A stretch of 64,000 nucleotides of DNA from Longimicrobiales bacterium (GCA_963422615.1 OY730414.1:62001-126000), one strand, 5' to 3'; positions 10,344-21,339 are shown, counted from the first letter of the stretch. Notes: generated from the sequence alone by a model not told the origin. Made by a program: numbers and translations.

Positions 10344-10644
10344 CCTCTTACTCCTTAACGACAAGGCCGGAGCGTTGAATGGAACCGGGCTGGAAACCGG
10401 AAGTCAAGGTATCCAAGCCGGGCGGGCGCGCCAACGACAAGGGACGTCGGACCTCAATCATCCGGCGTACGCAGGAGCCGGCCCCTTGGGGCTGCCCGGA
10501 GCCCCTCGACGGCGAGGACGAGGACTTCGTCGACTGACACCGGCCGACACTTCGGGAACTCAAGACCTTCCCGGTTCGTAGGGGTTGAGTTACGTAAACT
10601 TTCCCGATCCAATGGGGCGGGAACCGACATTAAGGGCTTCGACC

Positions 10645-11319
10645 GTGCAATTTTCGACAGGGAGAAGGAAGCTGGCCTTCCTGGCCGGCTTTTTCGTCTA
10701 CTTCGCGACCGTGTGGTTCCTCTGGGACACCCCCGTCATCTACCCGCTCAAGATCTTCGTGGTCATGCTTCACGAAATCAGCCACGGCATCGCTTCCGTG
10801 GCCACAGGAGGAACGATCGACCGGATCGTACTGGATCCTCAGCAGGGCGGCGCCTGCTATTGCGGCGGTGGCAACGCTTTCGTCACCCTGTCCGCGGGCT
10901 ACCTGGGAAGTCTGGCGTGGGGAATCGTCCTTCTCGCCGCTGCAGGATCCAGGCGCTTGTCCCAGCATCTGCTGATCTCCGTGGTAGGGGTTCTGGTGGT
11001 GCTCCTCACGGCCCTCTACGTCCGGGGCGGTTTCGGGCTGGTCTTCGGGCTGGCCTTCGGAACGACGCTGATCATCGCCGGACGACACTTGGGACCCACG
11101 GCCGGCAAGATCGTTCTCACCGGACTGGGCTTGACGAGCTGCCTGTACGCCATCCTGGACATCAAGAGCGACATCCTGGACCGGCCCCACCTCCGATCCG
11201 ACGCCGCAATGCTCTCCGAAATGACGGGCATCCCCACGACGACTTGGGGTGGCTTATGGATCGGCACCGCCATACTCGTGAGCATCCTGGCCTTCCGCCG
11301 AGCCTACCGGGCCGCCTGA
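10645..11319 (+). CDS. M50-family (M50B-like) membrane metallopeptidase
   Basis: HEISH zinc motif, SAGY, SDA, several TM segments. Start uncertain (10585-10645). Confidence 0.85.
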   Translation: MQFSTGRRKLAFLAGFFVYFATVWFLWDTPVIYPLKIFVVMLHEISHGIASVATGGTIDRIVLDPQQGGACYCGGGNAFVTLSAGYLGSLAWGIVLLAAAGSRRLSQHLLISVVGVLVVLLTALYVRGGFGLVFGLAFGTTLIIAGRHLGPTAGKIVLTGLGLTSCLYAILDIKSDILDRPHLRSDAAMLSEMTGIPTTTWGGLWIGTAILVSILAFRRAYRAA

Positions 11320-11436
11320 ACCCACCTGGACGCGGCGAACCCGGCGGTGGGAACTACCCCTGCCCGTATCCTTACGCTTGACCGCAGGATCTCGCTCAAG
11401 GAGCCTTCCGTCGACCCCGGTGCTGGGCCTCACGGG

Positions 11437-11465
11437 TTGACTGACCGAAGCAGGGGACGTACAAT
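11437..11465 (+). promoter_or_regulatory. Near-consensus sigma70 promoter TTGACT-N17-TACAAT
   Basis: -35 TTGACT at 11437-11442, exact 17-nt spacer, -10 TACAAT at 11460-11465, in a GC-rich background. Confidence 0.8.
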
Positions 11466-11568
11466 GCATTTGCCCTCTATTGAGGGCCCCGGGCATGCGT
11501 GTCCGGTGCCAGGCGCAGGACTTGGTGTCCCGCCCGATGTCCAACCCCTGAGAAAAGGAGGTGGTCTC

Positions 11569-11631
11569 TTGTCTAGTCCAAGTACCCAGCCCAACCCGGC
11601 AAGGGCAAGCGATCGCCGCTTCGGCCACTGA
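11569..11631 (+). CDS. Putative 20-aa small protein MSSPSTQPNPARASDRRFGH
   Basis: TTG start 7 nt after GGAGG within AAAGGAGGTG; TGA at 11629-11631. Confidence 0.4.
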   Translation: MSSPSTQPNPARASDRRFGH

Positions 11632-11694
11632 AGCCGAATCACGATCGAACGTTCGCGCCGTAGGCGGTCTTCGCGCCGGGTTGCGGCCGGTTCA

Positions 11695-11745
11695 ACGCCC
11701 CCGGGGGTTCAAGGTTCCGACCTGAGCTTTCGGGGGTGTTTTTTT
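11695..11745 (+). terminator. Rho-independent terminator
   Basis: About 20-bp stem ACGCCCCCGGGGGTTCAAGGT-TCCG-ACCTGAGCTTTCGGGGGTGT (G-U pairs, one bulge) followed by a T run. Confidence 0.85.
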
Positions 11746-12238
11746 GTGGCTCTTTTATCGCTGCGATCCCGGCGGGGGTTCCCAAAGATCGGTGACAGAG
11801 CTCCCATGGCGTGAGCCTTCACCGGGGGAGCCTGCCCGACGGCCAGCATGCGTGCACCCAGCAGGTGGTTGAGGCCGCTTCAACAGAAAGCGCCTTCAAC
11901 CGGACAAGGGCGGCGGGGACCAGCAGTCACCAAGACCGTAAGAGGAGATCTTTCGGGTGCTCACGCATTTCCCGCTACTGGCCGCCCGCCAAGCCCACCG
12001 TAGGGCTCCCCAGGTGGCGGCGCAAGGGGCACACGTACGAACACCCGGCTTCGGCGAAGGGGGTCGGCATTCCGGGCGACGCTCCCCTTACCGGTCCGCC
12101 TTTGGGGGCCCGCCCGGGGGACGGCGGTACCGAAGGACACCGATCTCGGCCGGGTCCTTGAGCTTCGGGCTTCGGCTTCTGGGCGGCGGCCAGCGGACAC
12201 TTGAGGGGGGAACGCCCGAGGCCTTCCGCCGCCGAGCT

Positions 12239-12742
12239 TCAGCCCTCTCCCCCTCCGTCGGCAGGGAGCTGTTCAAGCTGTTGGGGCAGGGTGAAGAGCT
12301 CAACGACCCTGAACCGCCGTTCCCCCGCCGGCAGCTTCACCGTGACCTCTTCGCCCTCCCTGGCTCCCAGTAACCCTCGTCCGATGGGAGACTCCAGGGA
12401 AACGTGGCCCGCTTCCGGGTCCATGTAGTCTCCGGCCACGATGGTGAACGTGACGACTTCGTCCCGGGCCAGGTCCCGAACCCTGACCTTCGACCCGAAG
12501 CCGGCCCGGTCCGGGGGCATGTCGTCCACGTTGATCTTGGAGAGGTCGGACATACGCCCGCTCAACTGCCCGATTCGGGCCTGAACGAAGCGCTGCCGCT
12601 CCAGGGCCGATTTGTACTCGGAGTTCTCTCTCAAGTCGCCCAGCTCAACGGCCCTCTCGATCCGACGAGGCAGATCCACGTTGAGCTCCCGGGTCAGGGC
12701 CTCAATTTCGCTCCCGATTCTTGTCTTGATTTCTTCGAGCAC
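12239..12742 (-). CDS. greA: Transcription elongation factor GreA/GreB family
   Basis: GDLRENSEY motif, FGSKV, VSLESPIGRGLLG; GTG start at 12742. Confidence 0.92.
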   Translation of the reverse strand: MLEEIKTRIGSEIEALTRELNVDLPRRIERAVELGDLRENSEYKSALERQRFVQARIGQLSGRMSDLSKINVDDMPPDRAGFGSKVRVRDLARDEVVTFTIVAGDYMDPEAGHVSLESPIGRGLLGAREGEEVTVKLPAGERRFRVVELFTLPQQLEQLPADGGGEG

Positions 12743-12907
12743 GCGGGCATCCCTTGGGGTCCCGTTTGGGTGGACCCAGCCGGTGGGGGAATGGGGGATA
12801 GGGAAACACCCCGGTCGCACTTCCGCGAAAACACGCCGAGCGACCCACCTTTCCGGGAACCGCCTGGGGGCTTCTCAATCGCATGAGGATAAGCTAATCC
12901 CGGACGG

Positions 12908-14050
12908 TCACCCCCGGAAAGCGGGCTTCCGGGGATCGGCAGCTCTTGGGGGCAACGACCCGCACCCCGGGAGTCGCTTCCACACCCGCTTCACGGCTTC
13001 CGTCACGGTCGCCCGGTTCGGTCCCGTAACGTTCACGTGTCCCAGCTTCCTCCCCGGGCGGGGTGCCTTTTCGTAGAGGTGGATGTGGACATCCGGAATG
13101 GCGGCCACGGCTTTCAGGGAAGGAAGCGCTCCGATGATGTTCAGCATGGCCGCGGGGCCGGAAGTCCGGGGAGATGCCAGCGGAAGCCCTGTCACCGCCC
13201 GAATGTGGTTCTCGAACTGGCTCGCGCCCGCTCCGTCCAGGGTCCAGTGTCCGGAGTTGTGAACCCGCGGCGCCATTTCATTGGCAAGGAGGGCCCCGTC
13301 GGCCTGGAAGAGCTCAACGGCCAGCACACCCGCGTAGCCCAGCCGGTCCATCAACCGTCCCGCCCAGGACTCCGCTTCAGCCTGGAGGGCCGGGGGAAGC
13401 TCCGGGGCAGGGGCATAGCTGGCCCGCAATATCCCGTCCCGGTGGTGGTTTTCCGTCAGGGGGTAGAAGACCCGACTCCCGTCCCGGGCGGCAGCGCCAA
13501 GAATGCTGAGCTCCCGTTCAAAATCGACGAACGCTTCTGCAATCAGCCCCGGGCCGAGTTCCGCAAGAGCGGCCACCGCCTCCCCGGCGGACGTCACCAC
13601 GGCTTGGCCCTTGCCGTCGTAGCCGTGCCTTCGGGTCTTGATCACAGCCGGCAAACCCGTCGCCTCGAACGCCACGGGGAGGTCTTCGGGTCCGTCCACG
13701 GGATGGAACCCAGGCGTCGGAATTCCCAGCTCACGGAACAGTCGCTTCTCCGCCAGGCGGTCCTGAGCGGCCTTCAGGGCCGACGGAGGCGGCAACACCG
13801 GAAGCCGGGCCTCCAGGTAGGCGGCACTCTCAGCGGGGACATTCTCGAACTCGTAGGTGACGACGTCACAGGCCGAGGCGACCTGCGCCAGGGCGGCCGG
13901 ATCGTCGTACGTAGCGCACACCACCGGGCCCAGGGCGGCCGCGGGAGGATCCGGGGCAGGTTCCAGAAAGGTGAAGCGGTGCCCCAGGGGGATGCCCTCC
14001 AGGGCCAGCATTCGAGCAAGCTGGCCGCCGCCGAGAACGGCAACCTTCAC
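12908..14050 (-). CDS. purK: N5-carboxyaminoimidazole ribonucleotide synthase
   Basis: [43 protein letters not shown]; overlaps the purE stop. Confidence 0.97.
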   Translation of the reverse strand: MKVAVLGGGQLARMLALEGIPLGHRFTFLEPAPDPPAAALGPVVCATYDDPAALAQVASACDVVTYEFENVPAESAAYLEARLPVLPPPSALKAAQDRLAEKRLFRELGIPTPGFHPVDGPEDLPVAFEATGLPAVIKTRRHGYDGKGQAVVTSAGEAVAALAELGPGLIAEAFVDFERELSILGAAARDGSRVFYPLTENHHRDGILRASYAPAPELPPALQAEAESWAGRLMDRLGYAGVLAVELFQADGALLANEMAPRVHNSGHWTLDGAGASQFENHIRAVTGLPLASPRTSGPAAMLNIIGALPSLKAVAAIPDVHIHLYEKAPRPGRKLGHVNVTGPNRATVTEAVKRVWKRLPGCGSLPPRAADPRKPAFRG

Positions 14051-14553
14051 GGAGGCGGCCTTCGCGGGTCCAGGTCGGCAAGCACGGCCTGGGTGCGGGC
14101 TCGGACGTAGGAGCGAACCGCTTCCCGGACGCCCGGGTCGGCGCACCCCAGAATCCGGCCGGCGAGCAGCGCGGCGTTGGCCGCTCCGGCGTCCCCGATG
14201 GCCAGGGTCCCGACCGGGACGCCCCCGGGCATCTGCGCGATGGAGAGGAGCGAATCAAGGCCATCAAGCGCCCTGGACCGAACCGGAACGCCCAGGACCG
14301 GGAGCACCGTCTTGGAGGCCACCATTCCCGGGAGGTGGGCGGCCCCGCCGGCCCCCGCGATGATCACCTGCAAACCCCGTTTCTCCGCCTGCTGGGCGTA
14401 CTCGAAGAGCAGGTCAGGGGTTCGGTGGGCCGATACCACTTGCACCTCGTAGGGGATCTCAAGCGCATCAAGCACGTCACATGCGTGTATCATCGTCGCC
14501 CAGTCACTCCGAGATCCCATGATCACACCCACCCGTGGTCGGCCTAGACTCAT
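14047..14553 (-). CDS. purE: N5-CAIR mutase
   Basis: [34 protein letters not shown]. Confidence 0.98.
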   Translation of the reverse strand: MSLGRPRVGVIMGSRSDWATMIHACDVLDALEIPYEVQVVSAHRTPDLLFEYAQQAEKRGLQVIIAGAGGAAHLPGMVASKTVLPVLGVPVRSRALDGLDSLLSIAQMPGGVPVGTLAIGDAGAANAALLAGRILGCADPGVREAVRSYVRARTQAVLADLDPRRPPP

Positions 14554-14790
14554 TGCACAGCCCTTCCGAACAAGACGGTTACGGTTCCTGCAGGATCGCG
14601 CAGCCACTCTCCCCATCGTGCCCGGTCGGCGCGGGCAGGGCAACGCGCACCATACGAATGATCGGACCGCGACCCTACGAAAGACCAGGACGCCGGGACG
14701 GGGAGTGAAATCGTAAGGTTTCGGGCAACCGAAGGCCGAGAGCGGAAGGACGCCAAGGTCGGAAGCAAGATCGCGGGTGCCTTATCCGAT

Positions 14791-16059
14791 CTACCCCACC
14801 TCGACCACGAAGTGCTTCTTCTTCCCCAATCGCACGACCGCAAAACGACCCTCGACGGCGTCGTCCATACCCAGCACCGCGGCGACATCGGTGACCCGCT
14901 CCCCGTTGAGGTAGACGCCGCCACCCTTGATCCTTCGGCGGGCGTCGCTCTTGGACGCGGTCATCCCCGCTTCGGCCATGACGGCGGCCAACCCCGCGCC
15001 GTCCCCTGCCAAGCGGGTCCGGGAGAGCCGGGTAGAGGGAACATCGGCGAAGATCTCTTCGATGTCCTGTGCCCCCAGCCCTTCGAGGCTGCCGCCGAAA
15101 AGAACCGCCGATGCTCGGACCGCCCGTTCCAGACCTCGGTTCCCGTGAACGACCCGGGTAATCTCGGCGGCCAAGCGTCTCTGGGCCTCCCGCCGGTGAG
15201 GATCCCGGGCCACGGAGCGGACGAGCGCTTCCACCGCTGGTGGGTCCAGCAGCGTGAAAAACTTCAGGTAACGAATCACGTCCCGGTCGTCGGTGTTCAG
15301 CCAGAACTGGTAGAATCGGTAGGGGGATGTGCGCTTCGGGTCCAGCCACACGGTTCCCGCTTCGGTCTTGCCGAACTTCACCCCCCGGGACGAGGTGAGA
15401 AGAGGGAAGACGACCCCGTGGCATCGGGGTCCGCCCAGGCGCCGTACCAAGTCGATACCGGCGGTAATGTTCCCCCACTGGTCGGAGCCGCCCATTTGCA
15501 GCGTACACCCGTACCGCGCGTTCAGCTCCCGAAAGTCGTATGCCTGAAGGAGTTGGTAGCTGAACTCGGCAAAGGAAAGCCCCGAGCCTTCGTCCTCCAG
15601 GCGCCTCCGCACGGACTCCCTGCGGAGCATGGCGTTCACGGAGAAGTGCTTGCCCGCGTCCCGGAGGAAGTCCACCAGGCCCAGGCCGCCCAGCCAGTCC
15701 AGGTTGTTCGCCATTCGGGCGGGGTTCGTTCGCGATTCGAAATCCAGAAAAAACGCCAGCTGCTTCCGGATGGCCGCCGCATTCTCCTCTACCCGGGCCC
15801 GGTCCAGAAGCGCCCGTTCCTTGTCCTTCCCCGAAGGATCCCCGATGAGCCCGGTTCCTCCGCCCACCAGGGCGATGGGGCAGTGTCCCGACCTCTGCAA
15901 GTGCACGAGGCCCATGATCGGCACCAAGGAGCCCACGTGAAGGGAAGAAGCCGTGGGGTCGAAGCCAATGTACCCGGTGACCCGCTCCCGGTTCAGAGCC
16001 TCCCCGACATGGGGGGTGGCGTCGGCAAGGAGACCCCGCCAGCGGAGTTCGTTGATCAT
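14791..16059 (-). CDS. tyrS: Tyrosine--tRNA ligase
   Basis: GFDPTASSLHVGS (HIGH), QMGGSDQWGNI, KFGKT (KMSKS), C-terminal S4 domain; ATG 16059 overlaps the menE stop. Confidence 0.98.
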   Translation of the reverse strand: MINELRWRGLLADATPHVGEALNRERVTGYIGFDPTASSLHVGSLVPIMGLVHLQRSGHCPIALVGGGTGLIGDPSGKDKERALLDRARVEENAAAIRKQLAFFLDFESRTNPARMANNLDWLGGLGLVDFLRDAGKHFSVNAMLRRESVRRRLEDEGSGLSFAEFSYQLLQAYDFRELNARYGCTLQMGGSDQWGNITAGIDLVRRLGGPRCHGVVFPLLTSSRGVKFGKTEAGTVWLDPKRTSPYRFYQFWLNTDDRDVIRYLKFFTLLDPPAVEALVRSVARDPHRREAQRRLAAEITRVVHGNRGLERAVRASAVLFGGSLEGLGAQDIEEIFADVPSTRLSRTRLAGDGAGLAAVMAEAGMTASKSDARRRIKGGGVYLNGERVTDVAAVLGMDDAVEGRFAVVRLGKKKHFVVEVG

Positions 16060-17531
16060 GGATTGCTCCCTGCCGGGGTTGCCACCGGCCCGAATCGTTC
16101 CACCACCAGAGACCGCCTCACCTTCCCCGTATAGCTTCGCGGAAGGGCGTCCACTACGAAGATACGAGAAGGACACCGGCCCCGGAGCAAGCGTTCGCGG
16201 CACTGGCGGTCCACGTCCTCCACCGTTGGCTTCCCGTCCGTCTCGACCACCGCCGCCACGACCTCCCCCCACTCCGCATCCGGCACCCCGAAGACAACCG
16301 CTTCCGTGACACCGGGTAGCGCTTCGATGACCCGCTCCACTTCCCCAGGGTCGACGCTGAGCCCACCCGTCAGGATGCCCCGGTCGTGCCGCCCATGGAT
16401 CCTGACGCGGCCCTCTCCGTCGACATCGCCCCGGTCCGCTGTGGAGAACCAGCCTTCGGGGTCGACCGGCAACGGTTCCGGGTGTGCGCCCGGCTCCCGG
16501 ATCAAGATGGACGCCAGGGTCCGACCTCGGACCTCCAGGGTTCCCTTCGGACCGGTTCTCACTTCCAGGCCCGGCAGGGGACGCCCCACGGCGTCGGGCG
16601 TCCGGCGGGCCAACTCCGGGGGCCCCGTCGCGATCTGGGACGTCGTCTCGGTCATCCCCCAGGTGGGTGCCACCGGAAAACCCGCTTCCAGGGCTTCCCG
16701 CAGGAGGGAGGCGGGTGTTGCCGCGCCCCCGATCAATGCGCAGCGAAAGCTTGAAGGAACCCTGCGCCCCCCCAGCCGCTTCAGGAGCCGCCTCAGCATG
16801 ACCGGTACCAGGGAGAGATGGGTCACCTCGTTCCGGAGGACGGCTCGGGCGACGGCATCGGCATTGAAGGAACGCCAGCACCGGACGGCGCTCCCGGTCA
16901 TGATGGCCCGGAGCAGCAGGGCCAGGCCGCCTATGTGGCCCAGGGAAAGGCAGAGGCCCCATTGATCCCGGGGGGCCAGTCCCAGGCGGTGGGCGGCACC
17001 CGCGGCGGAAGCGGCGAAGGCGCCTCGGGTGAACCCGACCGCCCTGGGCGCGCCCGAGGAACCGGAGGTGAGCAGTAGCGCAATCACCCCCGGGGATGGG
17101 CCGAAGTACAGAGGCGGATCGCCCCCTCTCTTGACTCCCTCAACCGGGGAGAAAACGTTCTGGACATCCCGGTGGAATGCGGGCCTGACCAGGCGGAGGG
17201 CATGGGTCATTTCGGGGTCCGTGAGTTTCTCGTGGAGAGGTACGGCGACTCCGCCCGCCTTCCAGAGACCGAAAAGGGCCGCGATGGCGTTGGGCTGGGG
17301 CAGCATGGAAAGGGTCACCACCGCGCCGGGAAGCAGCCCGGCGGCCTGGAGGCGATCTGCCGCCGCGTCGGCAGCCCGGTCCAGCTCCTGATAGCGGATT
17401 CGTCCCTCGTCCCAGATCAGAGCCGTGGCCAGAGGGGATTCCGCCGCCTTGCGCCTCAGGTCGTCGGCGGGCGTCCCCGGCCGACCTTCGGGACCGGGGG
17501 CAGCCCCGTGCCGCCTCGGGTTTCGGGCCAT
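16056..17531 (-). CDS. menE: o-succinylbenzoate--CoA ligase
   Basis: LTSGSSGAPR AMP-binding motif, HIGG, TWGMTETTSQ; located in the men cluster. Confidence 0.88.
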   Translation of the reverse strand: MARNPRRHGAAPGPEGRPGTPADDLRRKAAESPLATALIWDEGRIRYQELDRAADAAADRLQAAGLLPGAVVTLSMLPQPNAIAALFGLWKAGGVAVPLHEKLTDPEMTHALRLVRPAFHRDVQNVFSPVEGVKRGGDPPLYFGPSPGVIALLLTSGSSGAPRAVGFTRGAFAASAAGAAHRLGLAPRDQWGLCLSLGHIGGLALLLRAIMTGSAVRCWRSFNADAVARAVLRNEVTHLSLVPVMLRRLLKRLGGRRVPSSFRCALIGGAATPASLLREALEAGFPVAPTWGMTETTSQIATGPPELARRTPDAVGRPLPGLEVRTGPKGTLEVRGRTLASILIREPGAHPEPLPVDPEGWFSTADRGDVDGEGRVRIHGRHDRGILTGGLSVDPGEVERVIEALPGVTEAVVFGVPDAEWGEVVAAVVETDGKPTVEDVDRQCRERLLRGRCPSRIFVVDALPRSYTGKVRRSLVVERFGPVATPAGSNP

Positions 17532-17550
17532 GAAGGGCTCTCTCCGTCCG

Positions 17551-18438
17551 TCAGACCTGTCCGAACAGGAAACCGACGGCGAGCCCGGATCCGTAGAGGG
17601 CCACCCCCCGGGCCGTGTGCTCCAAGGCGGGATTCAGGGCCCGGCGGTCGGCAAAGCGGAACACCCGCCCGGTCGCCCGCACGCACGCGACCACGCCGAC
17701 AAGCGACAGGAGGGTCAAGGGGGGCCAAGACAGGGCAAGGACCCCGGCAGCGGAAACAGCGGTCGCCACAGCTAGGCAGACCGCGTACTCCGCCCGGGTG
17801 AAACGATCGCCGAATCGGACAGCCAGAGTGTGCTTCCTCGCCACCTGGTCGGTCTCCCGGTCCCGCAAGTTGTTCACCACAAGAATGGCCGTGCTGAACG
17901 CCCCCAGTCCCACTCCGGCCAGGAGGGCACCCGGAGACAGGGACAGGGCCTGGACGTAGTAGGTCCCGGCAACGGCAACGGGACCGAAGAAGACAAAGAC
18001 GAAGAGGTCGCCCAGGCCCAGGTAGGCCAAGGGACAGGGGCCGGCCGTGTAGGCGACCGCGCAGATGAGGGAAGCGAGGCCAATGATGACGACGGGCCAG
18101 CCCGCCGCCCACACCAGATAGCATCCTATGAGCAGGGCCAGGGAAAGGACTGACACCATGCCCCGGTGCACCGATTCCGGTGGCAGGAGTCCGGCATGGG
18201 TCACCCGGGTCGGGCCGATTCGGTCTCCGGTGTCGCTTCCCTTGATGAAGTCGTAGTAGTCGTTCGCCAAGTTCGTCCCGATCTGGATGAGGAGCGCCCC
18301 CGCAAGGGCCGCCAGCGCAGGAGCTCCGGCGAAACTGCCGTCGGCGGCCGCCAGTCCCGATCCGGCGAGGACGGGCGCGGCCGCAGCGGCCAACGTGCGG
18401 GGTCGGACGGCGAGAATCCAGACCCGGAGGCGGTTCAT
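17551..18438 (-). CDS. menA: 1,4-dihydroxy-2-naphthoate polyprenyltransferase
   Basis: RPRTL, QIGTNLANDYYD, NNLRDRETD, KHTLAVRFG. Confidence 0.96.
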   Translation of the reverse strand: MNRLRVWILAVRPRTLAAAAAPVLAGSGLAAADGSFAGAPALAALAGALLIQIGTNLANDYYDFIKGSDTGDRIGPTRVTHAGLLPPESVHRGMVSVLSLALLIGCYLVWAAGWPVVIIGLASLICAVAYTAGPCPLAYLGLGDLFVFVFFGPVAVAGTYYVQALSLSPGALLAGVGLGAFSTAILVVNNLRDRETDQVARKHTLAVRFGDRFTRAEYAVCLAVATAVSAAGVLALSWPPLTLLSLVGVVACVRATGRVFRFADRRALNPALEHTARGVALYGSGLAVGFLFGQV

Positions 18439-18607
18439 CCGGGGCCTCCCCGGAGCCCGCACACGCACGGAACGGACTTCCCTCCCGAACGAACCCAGGC
18501 TCCTCCCGGAGCGTCGCTTCCGAGCGCCGTACGGAGGCCCCAGCCCACCCGGGCGGCCCCGACAGGGGGTCGGTACGGGCGGGGAACTGCAGCCCGCAAG
18601 TCGAAAC

Positions 18608-19447
18608 CTACCAAGGCAGCCACGGATACTTCCCGAATTCGGGCTTCCGCTTCTCCAGATAGGCATTTCGGCCCTCTTGGCCTTGCTCCGTCATGTAGAA
18701 CAACAGGGTAGCGTTCCCAGCCAGCTCCTGAAGACCGGCCTGCCCGTCGACATCGGCGTTGAAGGCCGACTTGAGCAGGCGGATCGCCAGGGGGCTGTGG
18801 GCCAGAATCTCCCGGGCCCAGGCGAAACCCTCGTCCTCAAGACGGTCCACGGGAACGACCTTGTTGACCAAGCCCATGGCCTCCGCCTCCTTCGCGCTGT
18901 ATTGCCGGCACAGGTACCAGATCTCCCTCGCCTTCTTCTGGCCCACGATCCGGGCGAGGTAGGAAGACCCGAAGCCCCCGTCAAAGCTCCCCACCTTCGG
19001 GCCGGTCTGGCCGAAGACGGCGTTGTCCGCGGCAAGGGTAAGGTCGCAGACCACGTGGAGCACGTGGCCGCCGCCGATGGCGTACCCGGCCACGAGGGCG
19101 ATGACCGGCTTGGGCATGGTCCGGATGAGTCTTTGAAGAACGAGGACGTTGAGCCGGGGGACCCCGTCCCCGCCCACGTAGCCGGCATCCCCCCGAACCC
19201 GCTGATCCCCGCCGGAGCAAAAGGCATACTTGCCATCCTTGGCGGGTCCTTCGCCGGTGAGGAGCACCACACCCACCGACGTGTCCTCGTTTGCGTCGTT
19301 GAAGGCGTCAAGGAGCTCGAAGAGGGTTTCGGGGCGGAATGCGTTGCGTACTTCGGGCCGGTTGATGGCGATCCGAGCCACGCCCTCCCGCTTCTTGTAG
19401 GTGATGTCTTCATAGGACTTTACGGTCTGCCATTTCGTACCGATCAT
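18608..19447 (-). CDS. menB: 1,4-dihydroxy-2-naphthoyl-CoA synthase
   Basis: [36 protein letters not shown]. Confidence 0.98.
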   Translation of the reverse strand: MIGTKWQTVKSYEDITYKKREGVARIAINRPEVRNAFRPETLFELLDAFNDANEDTSVGVVLLTGEGPAKDGKYAFCSGGDQRVRGDAGYVGGDGVPRLNVLVLQRLIRTMPKPVIALVAGYAIGGGHVLHVVCDLTLAADNAVFGQTGPKVGSFDGGFGSSYLARIVGQKKAREIWYLCRQYSAKEAEAMGLVNKVVPVDRLEDEGFAWAREILAHSPLAIRLLKSAFNADVDGQAGLQELAGNATLLFYMTEQGQEGRNAYLEKRKPEFGKYPWLPW

Positions 19448-21339
19448 GGTGTCTCTCCGGTGAGGAACGGGTTCAGTCGGCGGGCAACCCGAGCGCGGAC
19501 CGCTTCGTGGCGCCGCCGGTTCGTCTCCCGGTCGGTCCGAACCCGAATGATGTCCGTGCCGGGCCGCACGATCGCCGCGGACACCCTCTCCGCCAGTTCG
19601 GCCGGCGTTTCCGCGTCCGCGAAGGGAAGGCCGTACAGCCGGGCCGCGTGGCGGAAGTCAAGTCCGTGGGGTGTGGCAAAATAGGGCGTAAATACAGGTT
19701 CGAAAGCCCGGATGGGAAGCATGTGAAAGATGCCGCCCCCGTCATTGTCCACCAAGACCAACACGACGTTCAAGGATCCATCCCGGGAAGCCAGGAGCCC
19801 GTTCATGTCATGGTAGAAGGCCAGATCCCCCACCAGTCCGACCACCGGGCCCGAACCCCCCGCCGCACATCCCAGCACCGACGAGACGACCCCGTCAATG
19901 CCGCTCGCGCCTCGATTTCCCAGAACTCGAACGCCCTTCGGCGCCGGGCGACCGTACGCGTCCAGATCCCGGACCGGCATGGAGCTGGAGACGAAGAGTG
20001 TCGAACCCGGCGGGAGGCTGTCCAGCAGGGCTTGGGCATAGGCGCCCTCGTTTCCGGGATCTCCCGTTTCTTCCTTGACGGCGGACCACGCCGCCGCTTC
20101 CACTTCCATCCAGGCGTGGCACCAAGCCGGAGCCGCCGAGGTCCCGGCTCCGGGCGCGCCCGCCCCGGCCAGTTCTTCCACGAGCCGTCCCGCCGGGGCG
20201 CGAACGTAGTGGTCCGCCAAGCCTTGGTAGTCCTTCTGTCGGCTCCCAGCGTCCATCACGATCTGGACGGCATCCCGCCAACCCCCAAGCGCGGCTTCCA
20301 GGGTGGCGGAAGTCGGGGTCCGGCCCGTGCGGAGGACCAAATCCGGCGTGAGGCGTCGAGAGAGGCCCGGAATTCGAAGAAAATGATCGTAGGCACCCAC
20401 AACCGGTGCGTTTGGAACAGCGGCGAAGCGGACGCCGGAGAGGGGGTCGGCCAGGATGGGAATGGCGAGATCCGCCGCGAAACGGGCCAGGACAGCGCCC
20501 TCTGCGTCCGGGTCGCTGGAGGGACCGGCCACCAAGACGGGACGGCGGGCAGCGGCGATGTGGTGGGCCACCATCTCCGCCTCGGGGAAGGGTTTCCGGG
20601 CGGAATGCCGGGCAGCGGTACGAATCGGCTCCGGGGAGATTCCTTGGACGGCATCCGACGTTGCCCCCTGGGACGGGGGAGGCAGAACCGCAGCCCTTGC
20701 CCCGGGATCTTCCCCGCGCTGGAACTTCTGCACGGCAACCGCCCCAAGGCTCCCCATGGCCTCCCGCGTTTCCGGCTGGAGGGGCTTTTCAAACGGAACG
20801 TTCAGGTGCACCGGACCGCCGGGTGGTCCCGCGGCGAGGCGGGCCGCTTCCTCCACGACCCCCACCCCCTCCCGCAATCCCTCCCGGGAGGGAAGGGGCA
20901 GGTCTGCCTGGAAGCGCACCCGGCTTCCGTAGATGCCCACCTGGTCGATGGTTTGATTCGCGTCCGCCCCCCGAAGCCCGGGGGGGCGGTCCGCCGTGAG
21001 GAGGATGAGGGGAATGTCCGAGATGTCGGCCTCCACGACAGCCGGGAGAAGGTTGGCGACCGCGGTCCCGGAGGTGGTCACGACGGCGGCGGCGCGGCGG
21101 GTGCGGCGCCCGTATCCCAGGGCAAAGAATCCGGCCGACCGCTCGTCCAAGTGGACTCGCGCACCAATCCCCGGAAGGGAGCAGGCCGCGAGGACGAGGG
21201 GCGCCGACCTGGACCCAGGGGTGATCACCACCTCCTCCAAGCCGAGGGCCGCGAGGGCACCGAGAACCTCAAGGGACCAGGATAGGTTGATCTCGCCCGT
21301 CCCTGGGCGGGGGTACGAGGCCCCTCGCGAACCGGTCAT
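19444..21339 (-). CDS. menD: SEPHCHC synthase (ThDP-dependent)
   Basis: [52 protein letters not shown]. Confidence 0.97.
   Translation of the reverse strand: MTGSRGASYPRPGTGEINLSWSLEVLGALAALGLEEVVITPGSRSAPLVLAACSLPGIGARVHLDERSAGFFALGYGRRTRRAAAVVTTSGTAVANLLPAVVEADISDIPLILLTADRPPGLRGADANQTIDQVGIYGSRVRFQADLPLPSREGLREGVGVVEEAARLAAGPPGGPVHLNVPFEKPLQPETREAMGSLGAVAVQKFQRGEDPGARAAVLPPPSQGATSDAVQGISPEPIRTAARHSARKPFPEAEMVAHHIAAARRPVLVAGPSSDPDAEGAVLARFAADLAIPILADPLSGVRFAAVPNAPVVGAYDHFLRIPGLSRRLTPDLVLRTGRTPTSATLEAALGGWRDAVQIVMDAGSRQKDYQGLADHYVRAPAGRLVEELAGAGAPGAGTSAAPAWCHAWMEVEAAAWSAVKEETGDPGNEGAYAQALLDSLPPGSTLFVSSSMPVRDLDAYGRPAPKGVRVLGNRGASGIDGVVSSVLGCAAGGSGPVVGLVGDLAFYHDMNGLLASRDGSLNVVLVLVDNDGGGIFHMLPIRAFEPVFTPYFATPHGLDFRHAARLYGLPFADAETPAELAERVSAAIVRPGTDIIRVRTDRETNRRRHEAVRARVARRLNPFLTGETP

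Larger units (their letters stand above)
11472..11745 (+). ncRNA. Candidate structured small RNA or small-ORF transcript of unknown family
   Basis: Lies between the promoter and an intrinsic terminator. Stems: GCCCTC/GAGGGC, CCGGGCA/TGTCCGG, CAACCCGGC (11592-11600)/GCCGGGTTG (11675-11683), GCTTCGG/CTGAAGC. Confidence 0.55.

Noticed and set aside
11472..11745. tmRNA, RNase P, SRP RNA or 16S fragment
   Set aside because: No tRNA-like ends or tag peptide, no GAGGAAAGUCC, no SRP GGAA-loop motif. Similarity to the 16S complement stops after about 13 nt.
14554..14790. Purine or ZTP riboswitch upstream of purE
   Set aside because: I could not find the consensus elements by eye; cmscan would be decisive.
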